Below are positions 18,242 to 27,230 of a stretch of DNA of 64,000 bases, piece after piece (within the stretch, counting starts at the first letter, position 1; each line of letters begins with the position of its first letter). The translations under genes and the position numbers were made by a program. The stretch comes from a virus, in the IMG/VR virus record IMGVR_UViG_3300037851_000538, positions 1 to 64,000 of that record. One strand, written 5' to 3'. A model generated the notes under the pieces. That model searched no databases, was not told the DNA's origin, and saw only the letters and a list, made by a program, of their open reading frames with translations.

Positions 18242-19659
18242 GTTTCCTCCGTGTTGATGTCCCGCTTTCTAAACGGGTACGACCATTTGTTGAGAAAGTT
18301 TCTCAGGTTTCTGCAAGAGCTAACGCAACAGTTGAGTGGCATATCTTCATATACCCTAACAAGGGGGTCTTTTTTCTCGGGGTGTATCCGTTGGATTCTT
18401 CCCCACGACTGCTGAAGATCGTTTGGGCTAGAAAACGGCGTAGTTACATACAGAGTGTCCAGCTCAGGTCGATTAAGCCCCTCTCGGGCTAACTGAAACG
18501 TGCCTACTACGGGGTTAGACGTTCTGAGGATCGGCATCCTGTCTTTCTGAGGGGTAGACCCCGTTATGGATCCTACAGATCCTACCCCGTAGGACTCTAT
18601 TAGCCGTTTGAGTGCCTCTACGTGCTCTACTCCATGGCTAAGTACGAGAACCTTTCTGCCCTCTTCAAGGTCTTTGAGGACGTTTTGGGCTATGAGTCGG
18701 TTTCTCCACTCTAGGGTTCCTAGAAAGGTTCTTACTTTGGACAGGTTGACGTCTCCGCTAGAGTCGGTAACCAAGTTCTTTTGGCATGGATCAAACGTCC
18801 ATTTGAGGCGGTGGAAGATGGTAAGCGGTATTAGGTCTTGCTTTAGGTTGGTGTATATGACACGGCCGAGATGATACTGGTATATCCTTTCTAGCCCATC
18901 TAGTCTCTTGGCGGTTGCGGTAAGAGAGTACCTTCTTCCTAGAAACAAGTCGGCACTTTTTACGAATAGTGGGGCGCTGACGTGATGGGCCTCATCGAAC
19001 AAAGCCACGCCGAAGTGCCGTCTGAATTCCCAGGGCCACCTGTCTTTTCTTCCAGATAGAGTATGAATCATGGCTATTGTGACAGGGTGTTTCCAATCGA
19101 ATGTTGTTCCCTGAACTACCCCGACCTGTTTAAGACCTAGATGCTTTTCAACCTCTTCTTTCCATTGCTCTAGAAGAGCGGTTGTGTTGACTACCACTAC
19201 GGCGGGTATTTTCAACGTCGCTATTAACTTTAAGGCCAGAACCGTTTTCCCTCTTCCGCAGCTAAGATTCAGCGTTCCGCTGTAGTTTCTTGCTAGGGCG
19301 TCGAAGGCCTCTCTTTGTTCTTCGTCTCTAAAGGTTATGGTGTCCCTGAACTCAAAACTACCGAAGTCCGAGTCCTTCAAACGAAGGTCTACGAACGGGA
19401 ATCTGAATTCGCTGTAGTGGCTTTTTGGGATGAACTCCCTTGGAACTATCAGATGGTTTTTGCTCTCCTCCCACAGCAGCAGATTCCCAGTAGTGGTTCT
19501 TAAAAGTTCCCCGGTCTCTTTGTCAAATTCCTGGGCCTCTCCAAAAGGGATGGTCAATGTGGACCTAAACAGTGCAGCGTTGACCATCCTTTTGGGTAGG
19601 ATCAGGTTGTTAGATACATATCCTTTGTCGTTTTCCTTGGGTACAAACGAGTACTGCAT
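18220..19659 (-). CDS. Superfamily 2 (UvsW/XPB-like) helicase
   Basis: LSCGRGKT, FDEAHH, LTAT, REGLN, QQSWGRIQR. Confidence 0.92.
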   Translation of the reverse strand: MQYSFVPKENDKGYVSNNLILPKRMVNAALFRSTLTIPFGEAQEFDKETGELLRTTTGNLLLWEESKNHLIVPREFIPKSHYSEFRFPFVDLRLKDSDFGSFEFRDTITFRDEEQREAFDALARNYSGTLNLSCGRGKTVLALKLIATLKIPAVVVVNTTALLEQWKEEVEKHLGLKQVGVVQGTTFDWKHPVTIAMIHTLSGRKDRWPWEFRRHFGVALFDEAHHVSAPLFVKSADLFLGRRYSLTATAKRLDGLERIYQYHLGRVIYTNLKQDLIPLTIFHRLKWTFDPCQKNLVTDSSGDVNLSKVRTFLGTLEWRNRLIAQNVLKDLEEGRKVLVLSHGVEHVEALKRLIESYGVGSVGSITGSTPQKDRMPILRTSNPVVGTFQLAREGLNRPELDTLYVTTPFSSPNDLQQSWGRIQRIHPEKKDPLVRVYEDMPLNCCVSSCRNLRNFLNKWSYPFRKRDINTEETWTLQRQ

Positions 19660-19721
19660 TGGCCCTTCCTATGTGGTTGATAGCTAGGTGTCTAAGGTTA
19701 GGGCCCCACAGTCAATCTAAA

Positions 19722-20168
19722 TTAGAACGGCCTTTTGGTTCTAAAGAAGCCCAGAATCATCTCAAGGGACCCCTCTACGGCGCCCCAAAGGGCCCTAATA
19801 CCTAGCTGTTTGGCAAAACTTTGTTCTGTAGTTTCTGTCTTTACGAAACCGCTTCTGTTGTTTTCGTTATTTTTAATAAGAGGCTCGTTGGGTTTGGAGG
19901 AGGAGGAGGAGTTCGGTCGTATGTACTGGGAGCTGGAAGTCTTGAACACGTGACTGGATTTCTGGGCAGACCATGCAAAGGTTTCTTGTCGGCATTGGTG
20001 AGAGTAGGGACAGGCGCGGCAGCTATCGTCGTCATCCTCATATCTGTGACCAAAACAACATATTCCTCCGGGCTGTTTATGGTGGGCTGGGCAATTTGTG
20101 CAGTTTCTGTACCTCGTCCCGTCAAAGCACTCTTGCATTATTTGGCGCATCCGGGTGTCGTTAGTCAC
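19722..20168 (-). CDS. Cys-rich hypothetical protein, first gene of the minus-strand block
   Basis: GGAGG RBS before GTG; CTNCP, CCFG...CRACPYSHQC. Confidence 0.65.
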   Translation of the reverse strand: MTNDTRMRQIMQECFDGTRYRNCTNCPAHHKQPGGICCFGHRYEDDDDSCRACPYSHQCRQETFAWSAQKSSHVFKTSSSQYIRPNSSSSSKPNEPLIKNNENNRSGFVKTETTEQSFAKQLGIRALWGAVEGSLEMILGFFRTKRPF

Positions 20169-20216
20169 TAAATGCCTCCATTCTGGGCTAAGTTGGTGGG
20201 TTAAGGTTCTATTAAC

Positions 20217-20224
20217 CTTGTACC
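20217..20224 (-). promoter_or_regulatory. GGTACAAG, 1-mismatch variant of the GGTATAAG putative phage promoter
   Basis: Intergenic, about 50 nt upstream of the first gene of the 17-kb minus block, in matching orientation. Confidence 0.4.
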
Positions 20225-20332
20225 TAAAAAACCGTCATCTTTTAGGGACCTCGTTGGGGGTGTATACGTGTTATTGGCCTCAGTTCTAGTGGCCTATTTT
20301 TGTGCGTAAACTGCCCTAGAAGGAGAAAATCC

Positions 20333-22606
20333 ATGCCCAATTTAGGTGAGTTACGGTCTGCTGCAGAGAACCTGGCAGGGAGAATATCTCGTGCTGGTTC
20401 TTCGGCTTCTACGATTCCGGGTAGGGTAGTTGGTAAAAACATTGGCGAGGCCGCTAAAGAGAGCTTGAGGCCGGCAAAACAGGAGCTTGAAGACTTAAGC
20501 CGGCAGGCCCAAGAAGAGCTGGACAATTTTACTCAGCAGGTTCGTAAGTCAATAAACGATTTGGGGTCAGAGGCTAGAGATCAGATTAACGAGTTTGGGT
20601 CTCTTAGCGAGGACGCAGTCAGGGGGGCTGGCGATGTTGTTTCCAACGAAGTCGTTAGGCATCTTGTGGGGTTTACCAAGCAGGTAGCTCCTGGAATGGC
20701 CGCTGGGGCGGTGTCTGGGGGTTTGGGCGGTTGGTCGCACGATGACCCTAGGCTTGGGGCTGGCCGAGGTCTTATTGCAGGCGGTATTGGTGGTCTGGGT
20801 GGTAGGGCTTTGGGGCCCGGCATGGTTCGTTCCGCTATCGGCGGTGGACTTTTGGGAGGAGCAGCTGGTACCTTCTTTGGGAAAGACAAGTCTGAAGTAC
20901 AGGAAGCTCCTAAGGGTAAAAACATGTCATCCAAGAACAAGTACGCTGGCGTTACTTTAGACTGGTACGACGATGAAGGGGAAACTCTGAAGGCGGTGTT
21001 TCCTACGTTGAACGACGTCCCAGAGGTCATCAAGACGGCGTCTATCAGACCCAAGAGCTCTTTGTCTTCTGAAGACTTTGCTCTCGTAATGATTGACGGT
21101 GGTACGGCGTTTCATAAGTACGCCTGCTATGATCCTGGTACTACAGCAATGTCCATGATCTACCTTGCGGAGCATGGAGACAAGCTTCCAGAAGATGCTC
21201 AGAAGACAGCGTCGGCTAACATACTAACCGCCTGTGAAAAATACGGCCTTACGAAAGAGGCAATTATAGGCCCCGCTATGTCTTTAAGTTTTGCAGGCAT
21301 TCCTGACGTAGTTGGGTATGTTTTGGGGAATTCGCATGGTAGGGAGGATTATCGTGCAGGCAGACAAAGACCTCACGGTGTAAGAGCAGTAGATGCGGCG
21401 GGGGGCTTAATAGTACCTGGGTACATTGGTTATCAGCTCGGGTACCGATCTGGTTATGACGAGCTTAAAGACCTAGAAAAGAAAAATCTTGAGAAGGACA
21501 ATAGATTTTCGGGCTCTACGGAAGAGGACGCTCTAAGAGCGGTCGTTATGTCGGATCTTAGAGAAGGAAAAGCCGTAGGTGCTTCTAAGTCCCAGCAAAG
21601 AAAAGAGTACGAAGCGTTTAGTAAAAACCCAGAAACTTTGGGCGTGGATTCAGAAAAAACATCGAGCGCCTTTGTAGATGTTACCGGTAAGAGCCCTGCC
21701 TTTGTTATTAAGGCAGCCAGTCCTTCTGACCCAAACGACTACGCGGTGGTTCTTTCAGACGGTACGAGAAAATACCCTATCCATACGTGGGATATGGTGA
21801 AGACCGCTGAGGCCTACTTCAAAGAAAATTCCGTACGGATGGAGGCTCCGATACGTCGGCACTTTGCCGTAAAGCTGGCGTCTAAGGCGGAGTCAATGGG
21901 CTATCCTATTGACCCGGACATTAGGGTACGGGGGTCCAGTTCTTACGCCGATAGCGGGCGTCTTCGTTCGGCATTAGATATGCGTAAGCTATCTTTTTCC
22001 AAGAACAGCCCGGAGTCTGGTTTCCTGGATGAGCTGTTTGAGAAAAGGGCAGAAGTATCTCCGTTTGTTTACTCCGAGTGCCTTCGCAGGTTCGACTTGG
22101 AGAACGGGCTTGATCGTCATTGGGACGTGAACATTCCAGACCCTTGGGCGTCCACCTTTGGGATCAAGACCGCTTCGGTAGTTTGGGAAGACGGCGCGGA
22201 TCGTGTTACGGAAGAGGAACTTAATAACCTCTCGTTGAATCATAGCGAGCTCAATCAAACAGCATTTACTCCGGAGATGGTTAGAGAGTTTCAAAAAGAT
22301 CCGGTTGGAGTGTTTCAGTCTCTCCCCTTGCCTCAGAAAAGAATGCTGGCTCGTTTGGCGGCTGACTGTGCCAATGGTGGGGAATCAGAGGGTGGTACCA
22401 AATCTGCTGGGGTTTTTGGTAAGGTTATGTCGAAGAGTCTGAGCCAGGGGGCAAAACCTAGGGGGACGTTTTACGGGAGAACGGTTTCCGCGGACCCAGA
22501 GGTTCAGGCCTTTCTGAAGTCTCCTTATGTTGCCGGCGCCAAGCCCTCTGTTGCCAAGAGGCCGTCTTCTGATGTTTGGGCTATGCTTCATCCTCAAAAG
22601 GTCTAG
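20333..22606 (+). CDS. Putative head-associated polyprotein with many K-x-A/S motifs
   Basis: AAGGAG RBS before ATG 20333; N-terminal glycine-zipper module; IKTAS, QKTAS, TKEA, EKTSS, IKAAS, VKLAS, TKSAG. Confidence 0.65.
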   Translation: MPNLGELRSAAENLAGRISRAGSSASTIPGRVVGKNIGEAAKESLRPAKQELEDLSRQAQEELDNFTQQVRKSINDLGSEARDQINEFGSLSEDAVRGAGDVVSNEVVRHLVGFTKQVAPGMAAGAVSGGLGGWSHDDPRLGAGRGLIAGGIGGLGGRALGPGMVRSAIGGGLLGGAAGTFFGKDKSEVQEAPKGKNMSSKNKYAGVTLDWYDDEGETLKAVFPTLNDVPEVIKTASIRPKSSLSSEDFALVMIDGGTAFHKYACYDPGTTAMSMIYLAEHGDKLPEDAQKTASANILTACEKYGLTKEAIIGPAMSLSFAGIPDVVGYVLGNSHGREDYRAGRQRPHGVRAVDAAGGLIVPGYIGYQLGYRSGYDELKDLEKKNLEKDNRFSGSTEEDALRAVVMSDLREGKAVGASKSQQRKEYEAFSKNPETLGVDSEKTSSAFVDVTGKSPAFVIKAASPSDPNDYAVVLSDGTRKYPIHTWDMVKTAEAYFKENSVRMEAPIRRHFAVKLASKAESMGYPIDPDIRVRGSSSYADSGRLRSALDMRKLSFSKNSPESGFLDELFEKRAEVSPFVYSECLRRFDLENGLDRHWDVNIPDPWASTFGIKTASVVWEDGADRVTEEELNNLSLNHSELNQTAFTPEMVREFQKDPVGVFQSLPLPQKRMLARLAADCANGGESEGGTKSAGVFGKVMSKSLSQGAKPRGTFYGRTVSADPEVQAFLKSPYVAGAKPSVAKRPSSDVWAMLHPQKV

Positions 22607-22611
22607 AAGTA

Positions 22612-23484
22612 ATGTCCTCGAATTTGAAATGGGGGGTAGATCTGACAACGCTCCCCGCCAAAGTCGCTTCGTCTAAAGAGCCCATTGTCCGGTTCTTTGG
22701 GTATCACGATGCCCATCCGGTGGCCTTGGTGATGAGTTTATTAGGGCAGTTCGACACCGACTGGGTTGATTGGGAGCCAGACACTCTAAGAAAAGAAATC
22801 CTAACCACGTTTGAGGCTCCTTCCATAAGCCCGCACAATTGGGAGAAGATACAGGCGGCCAGAACCCTGATGACCGCCTCTACCTATTGGAATGAGTGGC
22901 ACGTCTTCGAGAAAATAAACCAGGCCCTTAACAACAACATCCCAGTGTTCGATATCTCTCAAAGGTGCACTGTAGCTCAGTTGATGGCTGGGGTAGACAT
23001 AGCGTCTCAAATACGAGAAGAACCCTTTGATGAGGACGAGGTAGGTAGATATATAGCATGTTGCGCCCTTGACGAGTTTATTGTGTATCTTCCTCCGCCC
23101 ATCGACTTTGCTCAGAAGTATTTGAGCCAGCCGATGTACCGATGCAAGATATGCGGAAACGTAGATAACGACGACCTGGACGGTAGGTGTGATTTTTGCA
23201 CAGCTCGGTTTCAAGACGAGCACCCACTTAACTTCAAGCCGTCTGTCCACGTTTCGGATTCTGCGGGGACCGAGGTGGAGCGGTTTTTAATGCGCGACCA
23301 CCTCCCGTCCAAACTACGCTTCGACGAGGTTATCTCTCGTGGGGTCAATTCGGTTAAGCTTAGTGACGAGTCTCCAGAAGACGTTCAGGCCTTAAAGCTG
23401 TTTGTTGCTCACAGCTACATGCAAATGCGAAGATCTCAGCTTGTGGAGCAGTTGGAGGAGATAAAATCGTGGGTAGCCCATTAA
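22612..23484 (+). CDS. Hypothetical virion-module protein
   Basis: AKVAS near N-terminus; CKICG...CDFC Zn motif. Confidence 0.6.
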   Translation: MSSNLKWGVDLTTLPAKVASSKEPIVRFFGYHDAHPVALVMSLLGQFDTDWVDWEPDTLRKEILTTFEAPSISPHNWEKIQAARTLMTASTYWNEWHVFEKINQALNNNIPVFDISQRCTVAQLMAGVDIASQIREEPFDEDEVGRYIACCALDEFIVYLPPPIDFAQKYLSQPMYRCKICGNVDNDDLDGRCDFCTARFQDEHPLNFKPSVHVSDSAGTEVERFLMRDHLPSKLRFDEVISRGVNSVKLSDESPEDVQALKLFVAHSYMQMRRSQLVEQLEEIKSWVAH

Positions 23485-24200
23485 GCCAGGTGGTTCTCAG
23501 AGCTTTTGTGGACGAGATGCAGAGCATTGAAAAATCTGCGGGACCTATCAGCTACTTTAAGAACTGGGCGAACAAGCTTCCTCAAGAGATAGGTACCGCG
23601 GCCGACAGACTTATCCACCCCATTAGGGGGGTTAGAGAGGGGTGGAAAGAGCTTAGCGGAACTGCCCACGCGGCTTCTTTATCTCCTGAGGAGAAGGCCA
23701 ATCTAGTCTCTAGGGGTTCTGGACATCTTTTTCAGCCGTCTGTGCCCTTGTCCCAGGCCGCTAGGTCTCCAAACCGCGTTAGTTCTGTTGCCGAGGAGCT
23801 ATCTCGTCGTGGATGGACGGGGCAGGGAAAGATCACCAAGTATCTTCCAGTGGGGCAAAAAGGACTTACGGTAGGGCTTGGTGGCGGATTTGCAGTTCCC
23901 TCTGTGTATGAAGCGTACAAACAGGGCCCTGTAGGTCCTACAGGGGAAGGTGGATTAGCAGAGCGAGGTCTAGGAGAACTGGCCGGTAACGCTGCCTTCA
24001 TCGCGGCCGGGAAGATGGGTATTGCCCCGGCCCTGGCAATGCATGCTTTGGGTTCTGGCGTGGCTGGGAAAGCTGGACGTGTTATAGACCGATTAAGAGG
24101 TGGCGCTTCGTTGCGTCAAGCCTTGTATGCCCCGTCTCCTGTAGAAGCTCAGGAGCAGATAGCGAACATCGCGGAGAACTATAGTTATGGCAATGCTTGA
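23469..24200 (+). CDS. Putative internal head (cargo) protein with FVDEM...EKSAG leader
   Basis: Leader AFVDEMQSIEKSA|G followed by a basic, Gly/Ala-rich amphipathic body. Confidence 0.6.
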   Translation: MGSPLSQVVLRAFVDEMQSIEKSAGPISYFKNWANKLPQEIGTAADRLIHPIRGVREGWKELSGTAHAASLSPEEKANLVSRGSGHLFQPSVPLSQAARSPNRVSSVAEELSRRGWTGQGKITKYLPVGQKGLTVGLGGGFAVPSVYEAYKQGPVGPTGEGGLAERGLGELAGNAAFIAAGKMGIAPALAMHALGSGVAGKAGRVIDRLRGGASLRQALYAPSPVEAQEQIANIAENYSYGNA

Positions 24201-26163
24201 TGCATTGAACTTCGGGCCCAGCGGGGCTCTTAGGTTCTCTAGAAATACAGGACGCTCTTTAACCGGGGAAGGTCTTGGGGCCATAAGGTACCCATCCCCG
24301 TTTTTCGACATAGCCCAAACGTACCTGCCCACATCGTTCAAAACGATGCTCAGGTGGTGCCGTTACTACTTTCTCACTAACCCCTTAATCAACGCTGTCT
24401 GCTATAAGATGGCGGAGTATCCCGTAACTGACCTGATATTCGATTCCAAGAGCACGCACGACAACGAGCGCTGGCGGGTATTCTTTAACGAGGTTTTACA
24501 CTTTAAGAAGTTTGAAGTGGAAATGGGGTTAGACTACAATTGCTACGGTAATTCTTTTGTTAGCATCTATTTCCCATTTCATAAGATGCTGTCTTGCAAG
24601 AAGTGCGGACACGCTCGTGACGTTAGAAAGCAGAAGTACATATTCAGAGAGTATAAGTTCGTTGGAGAGTGCGAGCGCTGTAAGAGCTACGGTGAGTTCG
24701 ATGTTAGGGACCATTACGTACAGTCCGCTAAGCAGATACGACTTATTAGGTGGAACCCTGAGTACATCACTATAGAACACAACGAGGCCACGGAAGAGAG
24801 CCGCTACTACTACGTCATACCCCCCTCTCTGGCCAACGACGTTCGCATGGCCAAGCGCCACGTCATAGAGACTATTCCGCAGGCCTTTATTGAAGCCCTA
24901 CGACAGAACAAGGCGCTTCTTTTTAGTCGAAGCAACATTTACCACATGGCCCGCCCCACAATCGCTCAGAAGGATCGCGGTTGGGGTATGCCGATGATTC
25001 TTCCTGTGCTCAAAGACACCTTCTACCTACAGGTACTTCGTAAGGCTCAGGAGGCTATCGCGATTGAGCATGTAGTTCCTTTGAGGCTCTTGTTCCCTCA
25101 AACGTCTTCCGCAAGTGCCGACGTTTACAGTTCCATCAATTTATCCCAATGGAGAGATAAGGTTGAGCAGGAGCTGATTCGTTGGAGGCTGGATAACAAC
25201 TACATACCGATTCTTCCTGTCCCTATTGGTCAGCAGACTCTAGGTGGTGATGGTAGAGCTTTAATGCTGGCTCAAGAGTATCGTCAGTGGTCAGAGCACA
25301 TTGTTTCTGGAATGGGAGCACCCGTTGAGTTCATCTTTGGTGGTCTTAGTTTTTCTGGGTCGAACGTGTCTTTGAGAATGCTGGAAAACCATTTTCTAGA
25401 CGTTAAGTCCTTCCGCCTTCGTTTGGTTACCGAGTTCTTGATGCCTCAGATAGGCGCGTTTATGGGGTGGGAGCCTGTTCCGTGCCACTACAAGCGTTTT
25501 AGGATGGCGGACGACCTTCAGCGTAGTGCTCTGTTCCTTCAGTACAATCAGGCTGGGAAGATCTCCGACCGGTCTCTGTTAGAGGACACTGATTGGGATT
25601 CTGAAAAGGAGATGGAGCTCATCGAGCTCGAGCGTCGAGCGGTTCTGGAAAGTCAGAGGAGGCAGGCTCTGTCGCAGGCGGCAATACAGGGCGAGTCTCA
25701 GCTCATCATGTCTAAGTATCAGACTAGGGCTCAAAAGGTTATGCAAGAGATGATGGCCCCGCCGCCGCCCCCACAAGAGATGCAGGCTACAGACCCGGGG
25801 GCGGTTCCCGCAGAAGCCAGCCCTGCCCCGACCATGGAAATACCTCCTGGTCCTTTGGAGGACCCAAGCCAGGCACAGAACCAAGACTCTATTCAGTCTC
25901 AACTTCAATCACAGATAGGTCAAGCTCCTGCAGGAGGGTATGACGTGATGATGCTGGCTAACAAAATAGTTAGCTGGTTGAATCAACTTCCGGACCACGA
26001 AAAGGCCCGAGAGCTGTCTGCCATGCAGGCTAACAACCCGCATTTGTATAGCATCATACTTCCTATGCTTCAGGCGTCGTCAGGAGCTGAAAGAAGTTCG
26101 GCAGCCATGCCTCTTCCGGAACAAAAACCCCCTAGAAGGGGCCCGGAGTCTGCTTTGGTCTAA
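24187..26163 (+). CDS. Portal protein (putative)
   Basis: 658 aa in the head module; NPLINAVCYKMAEYP, YGNSFV, IYHMARP..GWGMPMI, GAPVEFIFGG pattern and Gln/Pro-rich C-tail as in large-phage portals. Confidence 0.65.
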   Translation: MAMLDALNFGPSGALRFSRNTGRSLTGEGLGAIRYPSPFFDIAQTYLPTSFKTMLRWCRYYFLTNPLINAVCYKMAEYPVTDLIFDSKSTHDNERWRVFFNEVLHFKKFEVEMGLDYNCYGNSFVSIYFPFHKMLSCKKCGHARDVRKQKYIFREYKFVGECERCKSYGEFDVRDHYVQSAKQIRLIRWNPEYITIEHNEATEESRYYYVIPPSLANDVRMAKRHVIETIPQAFIEALRQNKALLFSRSNIYHMARPTIAQKDRGWGMPMILPVLKDTFYLQVLRKAQEAIAIEHVVPLRLLFPQTSSASADVYSSINLSQWRDKVEQELIRWRLDNNYIPILPVPIGQQTLGGDGRALMLAQEYRQWSEHIVSGMGAPVEFIFGGLSFSGSNVSLRMLENHFLDVKSFRLRLVTEFLMPQIGAFMGWEPVPCHYKRFRMADDLQRSALFLQYNQAGKISDRSLLEDTDWDSEKEMELIELERRAVLESQRRQALSQAAIQGESQLIMSKYQTRAQKVMQEMMAPPPPPQEMQATDPGAVPAEASPAPTMEIPPGPLEDPSQAQNQDSIQSQLQSQIGQAPAGGYDVMMLANKIVSWLNQLPDHEKARELSAMQANNPHLYSIILPMLQASSGAERSSAAMPLPEQKPPRRGPESALV

Positions 26164-26165
26164 GA

Positions 26166-26202
26166 GCTAAAAAAGAGGGTCCTAGAGCTAGTAGGACCCT
26201 CT
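26166..26202 (-). terminator. 11-bp hairpin followed by TTTTTTAGC (minus strand), between convergent genes
   Basis: AGAGGGTCCTA-gagctag-TAGGACCCTCT at 26174-26202 then GCTAAAAAA (+). Confidence 0.75.
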
Positions 26203-26210
26203 CTGGAACG

Positions 26211-26447
26211 TCACAGGAACTTTTTCTGCAGACGCCTTTTGCACGCTGGGCATACTTCCTTGTACAGAAGGTTGCACTCGCGTCTAAAGCGCCTATCCGC
26301 TTCTAAAGTTATCCTGTCCTCGAATCCCAGGAACTCTTTTAGATGTTCCATGGAGCAGAAGGACCGTTCCTTTCTGGAGTCTCCTTCTCTTAATGTGACT
26401 ACGTCTTCTCCGCAGGCTAGCCCACAGTAGTCACAAGTTTGGATCAT
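26211..26447 (-). CDS. TRASH/YHS-like Zn-binding small protein
   Basis: AAGGA RBS before ATG 26447; CDYCG...RSFCSMEHLKEF, CPAC. Confidence 0.6.
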   Translation of the reverse strand: MIQTCDYCGLACGEDVVTLREGDSRKERSFCSMEHLKEFLGFEDRITLEADRRFRRECNLLYKEVCPACKRRLQKKFL

Positions 26448-26460
26448 GCCTAATCCTTTT

Positions 26461-26883
26461 TTAGAAGTCGTCGGCATGTCCAAGATTCCAAAGAGGGAGT
26501 CCCCAGATGTCACACGCACAAGCAAAGTGCGCGTGCGCAAAGGAGTCCGGACAAAATACGCTGTCCGGCCCTTTACCTGTCTTATTTTTCTTGATGTACC
26601 CCCACTCGAACCGTATTACTGATTCGGAGAGGTAAGAATCCCGAGGGACGAACTGCTGCTTGCACAATTCGCAGCAATCTACGCTGAGCTCGTCCAGGTA
26701 CAGGCCTGCTGATTCAGAACATGCACGGCAGACCCATTTTATGAAGGTCCTATCCTCAAAAGACCCCTCGCCTTCGTCCGGGTAGAAGACGACATCGTCC
26801 TTCTCGTATTGGACCCCACCTATGGTTATCTTGAAGAGCTCGCTTTCCACTATGCCTTCATCACACAGAAGGCATATCCTCAC
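26461..26883 (-). CDS. Cys-rich protein with two CxxC-led repeats (start re-assigned to GTG 26883)
   Basis: AGGAGG RBS before GTG; CLLC...CRAC; CELC...HFAC. Confidence 0.6.
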   Translation of the reverse strand: MRICLLCDEGIVESELFKITIGGVQYEKDDVVFYPDEGEGSFEDRTFIKWVCRACSESAGLYLDELSVDCCELCKQQFVPRDSYLSESVIRFEWGYIKKNKTGKGPDSVFCPDSFAHAHFACACDIWGLPLWNLGHADDF

Positions 26884-26954
26884 TCCATCCTCCTGGTACC
26901 GAACAGAACCAGGGTACCTATGAAGGATGCCACTATTATTGTGACCACCCACAT
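26880..26954 (-). CDS. 24-aa single-TM peptide (MWVVTIIVASFIGTLVLFGTRRME); not in ORF track
   Basis: TGATG coupling upstream and GTGA coupling downstream. Confidence 0.55.
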   Translation of the reverse strand: MWVVTIIVASFIGTLVLFGTRRME

Positions 26955-27088
26955 CAGTTATCTTCTCTCTCTGTATTGTTCTCCCAGTATCCTGGGAGCT
27001 CATTCCCTATTTTTTCACAACAGTTGTGGGCATCGAGGTCGGCCATCTCGACCTCTACGTCTTCTCGTGGCTCCACTTGTGGCTCCAT
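26954..27088 (-). CDS. Small acidic protein, 44-47 aa (MEPQVEPREDVEVEMADLDAHNCCEK...); not in ORF track
   Basis: AGGAGG RBS at 27101-27106 just downstream of the GGTATAAG motif; alternative TTG start at 27097. Confidence 0.55.
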   Translation of the reverse strand: MEPQVEPREDVEVEMADLDAHNCCEKIGNELPGYWENNTEREDN

Positions 27089-27138
27089 TTGATCCAATTT
27101 CCTCCTGTTAGGTAACTAATAGCCAGCTCTTCAATATT

Positions 27139-27146
27139 CTTATACC
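27139..27146 (-). promoter_or_regulatory. GGTATAAG putative phage promoter element
   Basis: Intergenic, upstream of the RBS of the minus-strand island; same octamer at 61858 (+) and 63116 (-). Confidence 0.55.
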
Positions 27147-27230
27147 CGATTGATGTGCGTTTCTTTCCGAAGTAGGATTCGGTCAAAATGCTCTCTGCAT
27201 AGGCACTTTCAGGAAATCCAGGAGTTAGCT

